From an uncultured Chloroflexia bacterium (GTDB lineage Bacteria > Chloroflexota > Limnocylindria > Limnocylindrales > CSP1-4): a DNA stretch of 64,000 nucleotides. Positions 10,199-19,235 of this stretch are shown here, piece after piece (the stretch's first letter is position 1; every line of letters begins with the position of its first letter). The translations under genes and the position numbers were made by a program. The notes under the pieces were generated by a model. That model was not told where the DNA came from, made no database searches, and saw only the letters and a list, made by a program, of their open reading frames with translations. The stretch lies in NCBI GenBank assembly GCA_963768675.1, contig CAVYIV010000003.1, positions 5,439 through 69,438 of the forward strand, given 5' to 3'.

Positions 10199-11563
10199 AT
10201 GACGGACTCCCGTGCTTCCGATGCCGGCCCGGCCGGTCGCGTCTTCCCGCGCGTCTTCGGGCGAACGCTCCCGGTCGTCGAGCGGGGCGACGGATCGACG
10301 CTCTACGCCGCCGACGGGCGCGCGTACCTGGACGCGGCGGGCGGTGCCATCGTGGTCAACGTCGGTCACGGGCGACGCAGCGTCGCCGACGCCATGGCGG
10401 CCCAGGCCGCCCGCGTCGCCTATGCCCACGGGACGGCCTTCACGAGCGAGGCGCTCGAGGCGTACGCGGTCGAGCTCGGGCCGGTCCTGCCGCTCGACGC
10501 GCCGGCCGTTTACCCGGTCTCCGGCGGCTCCGAGGCGATCGAGACGGCCCTCAAGATGGCCAGGGCCTACCACATCGCGCGAGGCGAGACCGCCCGCCAG
10601 ATCGTGATCGCCCGATGGGGGAGCTATCACGGCAACTCGCTCGGGGCGCTCGACCTCTCCGGCCGACAGCCGCTGCGCCGCCCCTACGAGGCGTGGCTTG
10701 GCCGGTTCCGGCACGTCTCCGCCGCGTATCCGTACCGGGCCGGTGAGCCGCGCTCCAACGCGCTGGGCGACGCGGCAGAGTTGGCCGGCGAGCTGGAGCA
10801 GGTGATCGTCGCCGCCGGCCCGCGGACCGTTGCCGCGTTCGTCGCGGAGCCGATCGTGGGGGCCACCCTGGGCGCGGTGGTGCCGCCCGAGGGCTACTGG
10901 CCGGCGATTGCCGAGGTCTGCCGGCGCCACGGCGTCCTCCTGGTCGCCGACGAGGTGATGACCGGCTTCGGCCGGACCGGCCGCTGGTTCGGGTCGACCA
11001 CTGGGGCGTCCGACCGGACCTCCTGGCGGCCGCGAAGGGTGCCGACGTCGGGTTACTGGCCGTTCGGCTTCGTGGCCGCGGCCGGTCCGATCTACGACGC
11101 GATCACGGCCGGCGGCTTCGTCCACGGCTTCACCTTCAGCCACTCGATCACCGGGGCGGCCGTCGCACGCGAGGTCCTGCGGATCCTCCGCGACGAGAAC
11201 CTCGTGGCGGCCTCCGCGTCGAAGGGCGAAACGCTCGCCCGGCTGCTCGCCGACCGTCTCGCCGAACACCCGCACGTGGGCGAGATCCGGGGCCGCGGCC
11301 TGATGGTCGGGCTGGAGATCGTCGCGGACCGCGCCACACGCGCGCCGTTCCCGCGTGCCGAGCGGCGGACGGAGGCACTGGTCCGGGCGGCGCGCGAGCG
11401 GGGCGTGCTGGTCTACTCGGGCACGGGCAACGCGAACGGGGTGGACGGCGACCTGGTCCTCCTGGGGCCGCCGTTCGTGGTCACCGACGACGAGATGGTG
11501 CGGATCGCCGATGGGGTCGCGGGGGCGGTCGAGACGGCGACCTCCGGCGTCGCGGCGGGCTGA
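10199..11563 (+). CDS. Class III PLP-dependent aminotransferase (compensating indels ~10990-11045)
   Basis: SGGSEAIETALK, SYHG, DEVMTGFGRTG, IRGRGLM; PLP lysine (AAAKG) in shifted frame; leaderless TACAAT. Confidence 0.9.
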   Translation: MTDSRASDAGPAGRVFPRVFGRTLPVVERGDGSTLYAADGRAYLDAAGGAIVVNVGHGRRSVADAMAAQAARVAYAHGTAFTSEALEAYAVELGPVLPLDAPAVYPVSGGSEAIETALKMARAYHIARGETARQIVIARWGSYHGNSLGALDLSGRQPLRRPYEAWLGRFRHVSAAYPYRAGEPRSNALGDAAELAGELEQVIVAAGPRTVAAFVAEPIVGATLGAVVPPEGYWPAIAEVCRRHGVLLVADEVMTGFGRTGRWFGSTTGASDRTSWRPRRVPTSGYWPFGFVAAAGPIYDAITAGGFVHGFTFSHSITGAAVAREVLRILRDENLVAASASKGETLARLLADRLAEHPHVGEIRGRGLMVGLEIVADRATRAPFPRAERRTEALVRAARERGVLVYSGTGNANGVDGDLVLLGPPFVVTDDEMVRIADGVAGAVETATSGVAAG

Positions 11564-11610
11564 CGTCGCGGCCGCCAGCCGCACGCCCCGGTCCGCGGAC
11601 TGTCCGCGTC

Positions 11611-12294
11611 TCAGCGGCCCGGACTGATCCCCCGCCGCAGGAAGGCGATGCCGAGCAGGACGACGAAACCGGGCAGCAGCAGGTCGCCGAGACCTGGAAA
11701 CCCCGGGACGACGCCCCGGAGCGCGCCCCACCCGCCCCACACGACGAAGAGACCGCCAATCCACGCCTGCCAGCCCAGGCCCTGGCCGCGGCCCGCGCGC
11801 ACCCCGGCGACCGCAAGCAGGCCGAGCCCCGCCCCGAGCGTGCCCCAGCCCGCGGTGCCCAGGCTCGCGACCACGGCGATGAACCCGAGCCCGCCGTAGC
11901 CGGCGAGGATGGCCCCTAGGTTCAGCGCCCAGGCGCCGGAACGGCGGGTGACGACCCGCGCCAGGAGGAAGCCGCCGGCGAGACCGAGGGCGAGGGCACC
12001 CACTGCCCGCACGCCGGGCACGAACTGCGCGAGCACGAGGTAGCCGCCGATCGCGACGATCCCGAGGCCGATCCAGAGCCCGAGCCGGCCTGCCTCTGCC
12101 TGCCCGAACAACCAGCCGACGACTCGGACCGCCGCGCCGTGTGGGTGCGACGCCTCCTGTCCCGACCCTCCCTGTCGCGGCGGATTCCCGCCGACGGGAC
12201 GCGATCCCGCCGGGAGCGGCCCGTCGACAACCTCGCCCTTCAGCGCGCGGAAGCGCCGGTCGACGTCGTCGTCCGGGGAGTGGGGCTCGGTCAC
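11611..12294 (-). CDS. Hypothetical multi-pass membrane protein
   Basis: About six hydrophobic segments; TAGTCT 6 nt before GTG. Confidence 0.7.
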   Translation of the reverse strand: MTEPHSPDDDVDRRFRALKGEVVDGPLPAGSRPVGGNPPRQGGSGQEASHPHGAAVRVVGWLFGQAEAGRLGLWIGLGIVAIGGYLVLAQFVPGVRAVGALALGLAGGFLLARVVTRRSGAWALNLGAILAGYGGLGFIAVVASLGTAGWGTLGAGLGLLAVAGVRAGRGQGLGWQAWIGGLFVVWGGWGALRGVVPGFPGLGDLLLPGFVVLLGIAFLRRGISPGR

Positions 12295-12303
12295 GCTAGC
12301 AGA

Positions 12304-14670
12304 CTAGCCCTGCCGGGAGCCGTCCGTGGCGTCGGCGCCGGACGGCAGGCGAGGGTCGGCGGACTCCACGTGGGAGAAGCCCACCCGGGCCGCGACCCGG
12401 CCCAGGGGACCCGGCGCCCACCAGTTCCAGCGCCCCAGCAGCCGCATCGCGGCCGGGACGAGGGTCACCCGCACGATCGTCGCGTCGATCGCGACGGCGA
12501 TCGCCATCCCCACGCCGATCGTCTTGATCGTGATCTCGTCGGCGAGGACGAACGCGGAGAAGACGCAGACCATGATCAGCGCCGCTCCGGTGATCACCCG
12601 GGCCGTGCGCACGACACCTTCCACGACCGATGCCGTGTTGTCGCCCGTCCGGCGCCAGGCCTCCTGGATCCGCGACAGGAGCAGCACCTCGTAGTCCATG
12701 GACAGCCCGAAGATCACGCAGAACATGATGATCGGGATGCCGGCGACGGTGAAGCCCGGCGACTGGAAGGCCAGCAGGTTGGACAGGTTGCCGTACTGGA
12801 AGATCCAGACGAGCGCGCCGAAGCTGGCGGTTGCCGAGAGGAGCGTCATCAGGACGGCCTTGAGCGGCAGCACCACGGACCCGAAGAGCAGGAACAGGAT
12901 CACTGCGGTGGCCAGCATCGTCCAGCCGACCGCGAACGGCAGGCGGTCGGCCTGGCCGGACAGGAAGTCTGCGCCAAGCGCCGCGGTGCCACCAACCTCC
13001 GTTCGCGAGATGGGCGCGGCGACGGGCAGGGCCCGCACGACGGGCACGAGCGAGGTCGCCTCGGGACGCGACGCCACGTAGGGGCTGATCGCGTCGAGCA
13101 TGACGGTGTGCCCCGAGACGTACTGGGTCAGCAGGGAGGCGACGCCCGCGGGCCGCTGCGCCGGCGGCAGCGCGAAGAGCGCCTGCACCTGGGCCGGCGG
13201 GAGCGTCTGGCCCGTCTTCGGATCGGTGATGGTGAAGAAGCTCTCGACGCGCGAGATCCCCGGAACTGACGCCAGGCGGGTCGCGTAGGCCTGCAGGGCG
13301 GCGATCCCGGCGGGGCTCGTCGGGTCGGTCGAGAGGTCGGCGAGGATGACCATCGGCGTCGTCTCGCCCGGCGCGAAGTCCGCCTCGAGCTTGACGAACG
13401 TGTCGCGGCTCTCGAGGCCCACCGGGAGGACCTCCGCCCCCGGGACGCCCTGCTCCAGGTGGAGGAACGGCGTGCCGAGCGCGAGCAGGAACGCGACGAT
13501 CGGCAGCAGGACGCGCCACGGGTGGGCCATCACCTGGCGCGCCACGCGGCCCCAGCGACTCGGGTGGCCCGGATCGGTGACTTCCAGGACGACCTCTCCC
13601 TCGGTGATCGTGCCCTGTTCACCGCGCAGGCGGTGGCGGAGGCCGGCGAGGCTGAGCCGGTTGACCCGGTGCCCCAGCATGCCCAGCACGGCCGGCAGGA
13701 AGGTGAGCGCGAAGAAGACCGAGCAGGCCACGACGATCGCGCTCCCGAGCCCGATCGAGCGGATCGTGGCGAAGGGGAAGATCATCAGCCCCGAGAGCCC
13801 GACGGCGACGGCGATCCCGGAGAACATCACCGCCTTGCCGCTGGTCGCGATGGCCCGCGCCACCGCGTCGCCCACCTCGCGGCCGTGGGCGAGCTCCTCG
13901 CGGAAGCGGCTCGTGATGAACAGCGAGTAGTCGATCGCCAGGGCGAGGCCGAGCATCGAGGCGATGTTGAGCACGAAGATGCTCATCGTCGTGAGCTGGG
14001 CGACCAGGTAGACGAGACCCAGCGAGGTCGGGATCGCGAGGCCGGCCACCAGGAGCGGCATTCCCGCCGCGACCGCGGACGTGAACACGAGGAAGAGCAC
14101 GATCGCCACGATCGGCAGGCTGACCAGCTCGGCCCGCTCGAGGTCCTTGCCCGCCGAGTTCGACGTGTCGATGGTGAAGGGGGCGTACCCGGACACACTG
14201 ACGGCGTAGCCGGCCGGCGGGGCCAGCTCCGCGCGCAGGCGGGGATAGAGCGGGACGGACTGCTCGTCGGTGACGGCGAGGTTGATCACCACGTACGCGG
14301 CGTCGCCCTTGAGGCTCACGAAGCGACGGTCGCCTGTGCTCGCGTAGCCGACGACGTCGGTCACGCTCGGGTCGTGCCGGAGCGGTGCAACGGCGGTCGC
14401 GATCGCCGCCTGGAAGCCGGCCGAGGTCGCGTCGGCGCCGGGTTGCGCCCGCGTGAAGAGCGCCAGCAGGCTGCTCTTGCCGCCCCCGAAGTCGGCCGCC
14501 AGCCGGCTGTCCACCTGCGATGACTGGGAGAGCGGATCGAGCCAGCCGCCGGAGGTGAGTTGGCTCGAGGCGCGGGAGGCGAAGGGCAGGGCCGCGAGCG
14601 CGACGAGGAGCGCGACGAGCGCCACGACGCGTCGGTGCCGGTAGACGAACGCGCCCCAGCGCAGGAACAT
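12304..14670 (-). CDS. MMPL family (RND superfamily) transporter
   Basis: LALAIDYSLFITSRFREE, FGLSMDYEVLLLSRIQE, IDATIVR..LVPAAM.LLG.WNWWAP. Confidence 0.95.
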   Translation of the reverse strand: MFLRWGAFVYRHRRVVALVALLVALAALPFASRASSQLTSGGWLDPLSQSSQVDSRLAADFGGGKSSLLALFTRAQPGADATSAGFQAAIATAVAPLRHDPSVTDVVGYASTGDRRFVSLKGDAAYVVINLAVTDEQSVPLYPRLRAELAPPAGYAVSVSGYAPFTIDTSNSAGKDLERAELVSLPIVAIVLFLVFTSAVAAGMPLLVAGLAIPTSLGLVYLVAQLTTMSIFVLNIASMLGLALAIDYSLFITSRFREELAHGREVGDAVARAIATSGKAVMFSGIAVAVGLSGLMIFPFATIRSIGLGSAIVVACSVFFALTFLPAVLGMLGHRVNRLSLAGLRHRLRGEQGTITEGEVVLEVTDPGHPSRWGRVARQVMAHPWRVLLPIVAFLLALGTPFLHLEQGVPGAEVLPVGLESRDTFVKLEADFAPGETTPMVILADLSTDPTSPAGIAALQAYATRLASVPGISRVESFFTITDPKTGQTLPPAQVQALFALPPAQRPAGVASLLTQYVSGHTVMLDAISPYVASRPEATSLVPVVRALPVAAPISRTEVGGTAALGADFLSGQADRLPFAVGWTMLATAVILFLLFGSVVLPLKAVLMTLLSATASFGALVWIFQYGNLSNLLAFQSPGFTVAGIPIIMFCVIFGLSMDYEVLLLSRIQEAWRRTGDNTASVVEGVVRTARVITGAALIMVCVFSAFVLADEITIKTIGVGMAIAVAIDATIVRVTLVPAAMRLLGRWNWWAPGPLGRVAARVGFSHVESADPRLPSGADATDGSRQG

Positions 14671-14823
14671 GGACGGACCTCGGGGTGCAGCGGGGAATCT
14701 CTCTCGGGCCCGCGGAGGGGGCGGGGCCGTCGGTCAGAATAGCGCGACCCGCGCGCGCCCGGCGCGGCCGAGTCTGCCGGCCGGACGGTGCATCGGCGCC
14801 TGCGGCGCGCCTATCATCGACGC

Positions 14824-15765
14824 ATGAGCCCCCACGTCGAGACGGTCCTCGGCCCGGTCGAACCCGCGGTCCTGGGGTTCACGCTTCCCCACGAGCACAC
14901 GCGTTGCGTCCTCTGGCAAATCCCGAATCGCTGGGACTACTGGGAGCTGACCGGCGAGGACAAGCTCATCTTGCCGGAGCTCGAACGGTTCAGGGACATG
15001 GGCGGCACCTGTCTGGTGGATCTCACGCTTGCCGCCATCGGACGCGACCCGCTCCGCCTGCTCCGGCTGGCCCAATCGTCGGGTCTCCATCTCGTGATGA
15101 GCTGCGGCTGGTATCGCGGCCCGTACTACCCGCCCGACGCGCTGATCGACCGGAGTCCGGTGGAAGCGCTCACGGACCTCCTCGTCGGCGAGATCCTCGG
15201 CGGGGCCGAAGGCACGGACGTCCGACCGGGGATCATCGGCGAGATCGGGACGGACAAGCCCTGGGTCTCGGCGCAGGAGGAGCGCGTCTTCCGCGCCGTC
15301 GGGCGTGCGTCGCGCGCAACGGGGCTGGGAATCGTCACCCACGCAGTGATGAGCGACGTCGGGCTCGCCCAGCTTCGCGTCCTCGAGGACGCCGGTGCAG
15401 ATCCGGCGCGCGTCGTGATCGGACACGCCGACTCATACCCGCAGCTGGACTACTGGCTCGCGATCATGGAGCGCGGGGCAAGCATCGAGTTTGACTTCCT
15501 CGGCATGTCGTTCACGCCCCAGGAGCGCCAGGCCGAGCCACGCCTGATCCCGCTGCTCCTTGATCTGCTCGCGCGCGGCCGCGCCGACCGCGTCTTCCTG
15601 TCGCAGGACGTCTGCCACAACGAGCAGCTGCGCCATTACGGCGGGAACGGGTACACGTATCTCCAGGAGGCGTTCCTCCCGCGCCTGCGCGCGGCCGGGG
15701 TGGGGGAGGCCGAGATCCGCCAGATGACCGTGGAGAACCCTCGCCGCCTCCTCACGATCGGCTGA
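14824..15765 (+). CDS. Phosphotriesterase-related protein (PHP-like)
   Basis: TLPHEH, GIIGEIG (Glu bridging ligand type), IGHAD, LSQDVC. Confidence 0.9.
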   Translation: MSPHVETVLGPVEPAVLGFTLPHEHTRCVLWQIPNRWDYWELTGEDKLILPELERFRDMGGTCLVDLTLAAIGRDPLRLLRLAQSSGLHLVMSCGWYRGPYYPPDALIDRSPVEALTDLLVGEILGGAEGTDVRPGIIGEIGTDKPWVSAQEERVFRAVGRASRATGLGIVTHAVMSDVGLAQLRVLEDAGADPARVVIGHADSYPQLDYWLAIMERGASIEFDFLGMSFTPQERQAEPRLIPLLLDLLARGRADRVFLSQDVCHNEQLRHYGGNGYTYLQEAFLPRLRAAGVGEAEIRQMTVENPRRLLTIG

Positions 15766-16209
15766 TCAACCCTCGAGCGTGGCCTCGACGGAGACGGCCA
15801 CGTTTCCCTGCATCATCACCGAGATCGGGCAGCCGTCACGCGCCGACTCGGCGAGCGACCGGAACGTCGCCGCGTCGATGCCCGGGACCACGCCCCGCAC
15901 CGTCAGCGCCGACGAGACCACCTTCCAGCCGGCCTCCAGCTTGTCGAACGTGACGGTAGCGCTCACCGTGAGCGAGGTCGGCGGGGTGCCGTTGCGGCTG
16001 AGCCTTCCCGCGAACGACATCGAGAAGCAGGACGCGTGGGCCGCGGCCACGAGTTCCTCGGGGCTGGTCCGTCCACCCGGGGTCTCCGTCCGCGCAGCCC
16101 AGCTGACGGGCAGCCGGGTGAAGGACCCGCTCGTGACGTAGTTGATCAAGCCGCTTCCTTCGGCGAGGGAGCCGGTCCAGGTCGCTTCCGCGCGTCGAAC
16201 TGCCGCCAT
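15766..16209 (-). CDS. osmC: OsmC family peroxiredoxin
   Basis: A.W.G.L.EGSG, PEELVAAAHASCFSM, GCPIS. Confidence 0.92.
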   Translation of the reverse strand: MAAVRRAEATWTGSLAEGSGLINYVTSGSFTRLPVSWAARTETPGGRTSPEELVAAAHASCFSMSFAGRLSRNGTPPTSLTVSATVTFDKLEAGWKVVSSALTVRGVVPGIDAATFRSLAESARDGCPISVMMQGNVAVSVEATLEG

Positions 16210-16365
16210 GGGATCCTCCGGGCTGTGTCGCTGACCGTCTGGGGATCCTGATCCTCCCACAGGTCACGCGGAACCGTCACCGCCCGGATGCCCCGACCGT
16301 GAGTGCCGGCCGAGGGCGCTGATCCACCGAAGACAGGACGCGGACCGGCGGCGTACCCTTGGACC

Positions 16366-17263
16366 TTGCACCGGTACCTCCCGACGCGATCGTCCCTTCC
16401 GCGGCCCGCTCGTGCCTCGCTGGCGCTTGCCCTCGGCGTCGCGCTTCTCGCCTCGTTCCTGCCGGCAGCCGGACGGCTGGCGCTCGCCGCCGCCCAGCCG
16501 GCCCCAGCGGCCGCGGTCGGTGCGTCGAACCTGACGCTTGTCGGGGCCGAGGCGAAGCTCGTCGGGCTGCTCAACGCCGATCGGGCGGCGGTCGGGCTCG
16601 TAGCGCTCCGCGTCGATCCGCGGCTCACGGCGATCGCTCGCGAACGCTCCGACGCGATGGCCGCGGCCGGGCAGCTCAGCCACGTCCAGCCGAACGGGCG
16701 GACCGCGCTCGATCTCATCAAGGCGCAGGAGATCACCTGGTACGCGATGGGCGAGACGATCGGCTGGAACAACTACCCCAGCCTGAGCGGCTCGACGGCG
16801 GTCGTGAACCAGGCCTGGCTCGCGTCGGCCGAGCACGTCGCGATCATCCGCTCGACGGACTACAACTACGTCGGTGTTGCGCTGGCCGTGACCGCCGCGG
16901 GCGACCGCTACTGGACCGCGATCATTCCTGCGCGGCCCGGACCGGACCGCGCCCTGGGCGAAGATGCTGGCTCCGGCACCCGGGACCTATGCCACGCTGG
17001 CGTCGGGCCGCCGGGTCCGCCTGGTGACCTGGAGCTGGAGCGGCGACGACATCCTGCTCGCGGCGCTCACCGCGGGGCTGCGGTCGTTCGAGATCCAGCG
17101 CCGGGTCGACGGTGGGGCGTGGATCTCGATCTGGACTTCGACCGGCCGGCGCTCCTGGTCCACGTACGTCCCGGCAGGTCACAGGATCTCGGTCCGGGTC
17201 CGGGCCCGCGACAACGCCGGCAACGTCGGATCCTGGTCGTCCGCCGTCGGGCTGTCCGCCTGA
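16366..17263 (+). CDS. Secreted CAP (SCP-like) domain protein with C-terminal beta-sandwich/FnIII-like domain (frameshift ~16930)
   Basis: Signal peptide, LLNADR, LSH, GETIG, W.AS.EH, VGVA..YWT; C-terminal RVRARDNAGNVGSWS; TACCCT 6 nt before TTG. Confidence 0.8.
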
Positions 17264-18581
17264 TCGTCAGCTTGCCTGGGAAACCGCCCGCGCGAGGGCC
17301 CGGCTCCGCCCGTCCCGGGGAACGTGACGCGCCTCGCGCCGCCGAGATTCCGGTAGGCGACCAGGGCCGAAGCCAGTGCCGGCACGAAGCCGTCCGACGC
17401 GAGCGGATCGAAACCCGGCTCCCACCACGCGCCGAGCACGCGCACGGCCTTCGCCGGGCGATCGAAGCGCGGCTCGATCCGGCCGACGAGCCGGTCGCCG
17501 AAGAGGACCGGCAGGACGTAGTAGCCCCAGCGCCGCCTGGCCCGCGGGACGTAGACCTCCCAGACGTAGTCGAACCCGAACAGGCCGCGCAGCAGGTCGC
17601 GGTCCCAGCAGAACGGGTCGAGCGGGCCGAGGAAGCTGACCGCAGGGGCGACGCCGCCCGGCGGTGTCCCCGCCGCCACCTCGGCACCCGCGCGCTCCAG
17701 GAACGGGACGTCGGACGCGACGACCAAGCGGTGGCCGCGCAGGCCCTCGACCGCGACCGGGAGGAGCGTCCCGTCGGCGACCATCTCCGCGCGGATCTCC
17801 GAGCGCGAGGGGTAGCCGTCCCAGCGTGGGTCGGGCGCCGCCGGGCCGGTCCCGGTCCAGAGCTCGGCTTGTCCGGCGGCTCCCAGAAGCCCGTGGGCCC
17901 GGTAGCGGGACAGCAGCCGGTGCCGGGCCTGGTCGCGGACGGCGGGGCGCCGGGCGAGGGTCTCGGCGGGGAAGAGACGCTCGGCCAGGTCGTAGACCCG
18001 CCGGTTGCCCTCGCGCCGGGCGATCCCCAGGATCCCCGCCTCGGCGAGCGCCTCCAGGATCGCCCGGACCTGGTTCGTGGGACGCCAGTACCAGTCGATC
18101 GACGCGCGCGGCTCGACGTCGGTCGAGGAGAGGGGCCCGCCACGCCGGATCCGGTCCAGGAGCTCCTCGACCAGCGGCGCGTGCTCGTCGAACGCCCCGC
18201 CGTCGTGTCTCGCGCGGGCGCGATCCCAGGTCAGCCGGTAGAGCGGCAGCTCTGCGGTGGGCAGGATGCTGAGGCCCTTGTTGTACGCCTCGAACAGGAG
18301 GCGCCGCTCGTAGAGGAGGACGTCGGTCATCTCCCGCCGGTAGCCCGCCATGCGCGCGTGGAGGACGAGGTCGTGGTTGCGTCCGGCGATCTCGAGGGGA
18401 TCGAACTGCAGCGACCCGAGGCGCTCGACCACGCTGAGCACGCTCGCTTCTCCGGCGGCAGCGCCCGTGGCGGCGCGAGCTGGTGACGCAGGACGAGGAA
18501 GCGGCGCGCGACCGCCGCCGTGATGGGCCGCGGGGTTGGGGACGGAGCCCTTGCCGGGTGGCTGATCCTGGTCGGCGTCAC
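17179..18581 (-). CDS. YcaQ/AlkZ-family winged-helix DNA crosslink-repair glycosylase (frameshift ~18450)
   Basis: LQFDPL (QxD motif), RNHDLVL.AR, LGPLDP..WDR, WEVYVP..RRWGYYVLP. Confidence 0.88.
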
Positions 18582-18686
18582 CGGCGGATGGTAGCCGGTC
18601 GCGACCATGCGCCGACGCCTGCCCGTCGACCGGCGGGCGGGACGGCCTCCGAGGCCCAATCCGTTTCTTTCGCATCTTCGATATGG

Positions 18687-18701
18687 TTGGTGCAAGACCA
18701 A
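18687..18701. promoter_or_regulatory. Putative MarR operator
   Basis: TTGGT-N5-ACCAA inverted repeat beside a TATGGT -10 in an AT-rich patch upstream of marR. Confidence 0.45.
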
Positions 18702-18725
18702 GGATCACGGAGGCACCCCCGGCTG

Positions 18726-19235
18726 ATGTCAGCAGAGCCTGCAGACCGCGGCGCGCGCATCGAGCGTGTCGTGGCGTCCTACGAGCTGCTCATGCGCCGC
18801 GTGGCGACGTGGCACGCACCCGACCTTCTCGAAGTGGCGGTGACCATGTCGCAGGCCAAGGTGCTCTACCTGGCCGCGGCTGCGGAGGGCATGCACATGT
18901 CGGAGCTGGCCACGCGTCTGGGCGTGTCGATCTCGACGACGAGCGGGCTGGTGGACCGCCTGGTGGACCATGGGCTTCTCGCCCGCCATGACGACCCCGC
19001 CGACCGCCGCCAGGTGGTCGTGACGATCACGCCGACCGGTCGCGCCGACCTCGAGCGCTTCCGCGAGCTCAACGCGGCCCAGCTCCGGCGACTTCTCGGG
19101 CGCCTCCGCGACCCGGAGCTCGACGTCGTGGAGCGCGCCACCGTTCTCCTCGCCGCGGCGGCCGACGACCCGGCCCCGGTTCCCGGCGCCGCCCTTCCCA
19201 CCGCCCACCCGACCATTCACGGAGGCCGATCATGA
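18726..19235 (+). CDS. MarR family transcriptional regulator
   Basis: TMSQAKVL, ELA.RLGVS.STTSGLVDRLV..GL..R..DP.DRR. Confidence 0.93.
   Translation: MSAEPADRGARIERVVASYELLMRRVATWHAPDLLEVAVTMSQAKVLYLAAAAEGMHMSELATRLGVSISTTSGLVDRLVDHGLLARHDDPADRRQVVVTITPTGRADLERFRELNAAQLRRLLGRLRDPELDVVERATVLLAAAADDPAPVPGAALPTAHPTIHGGRS

Noticed and set aside
10985-11050. Aminotransferase apparently lacking its PLP lysine
   Set aside because: The AAAKG motif is present in a shifted frame between two compensating indels
16210-16360. Possible riboswitch between osmC and the CAP gene
   Set aside because: Only a few bases resemble SAM-IV; no full consensus for SAM, c-di-AMP or other classes could be traced
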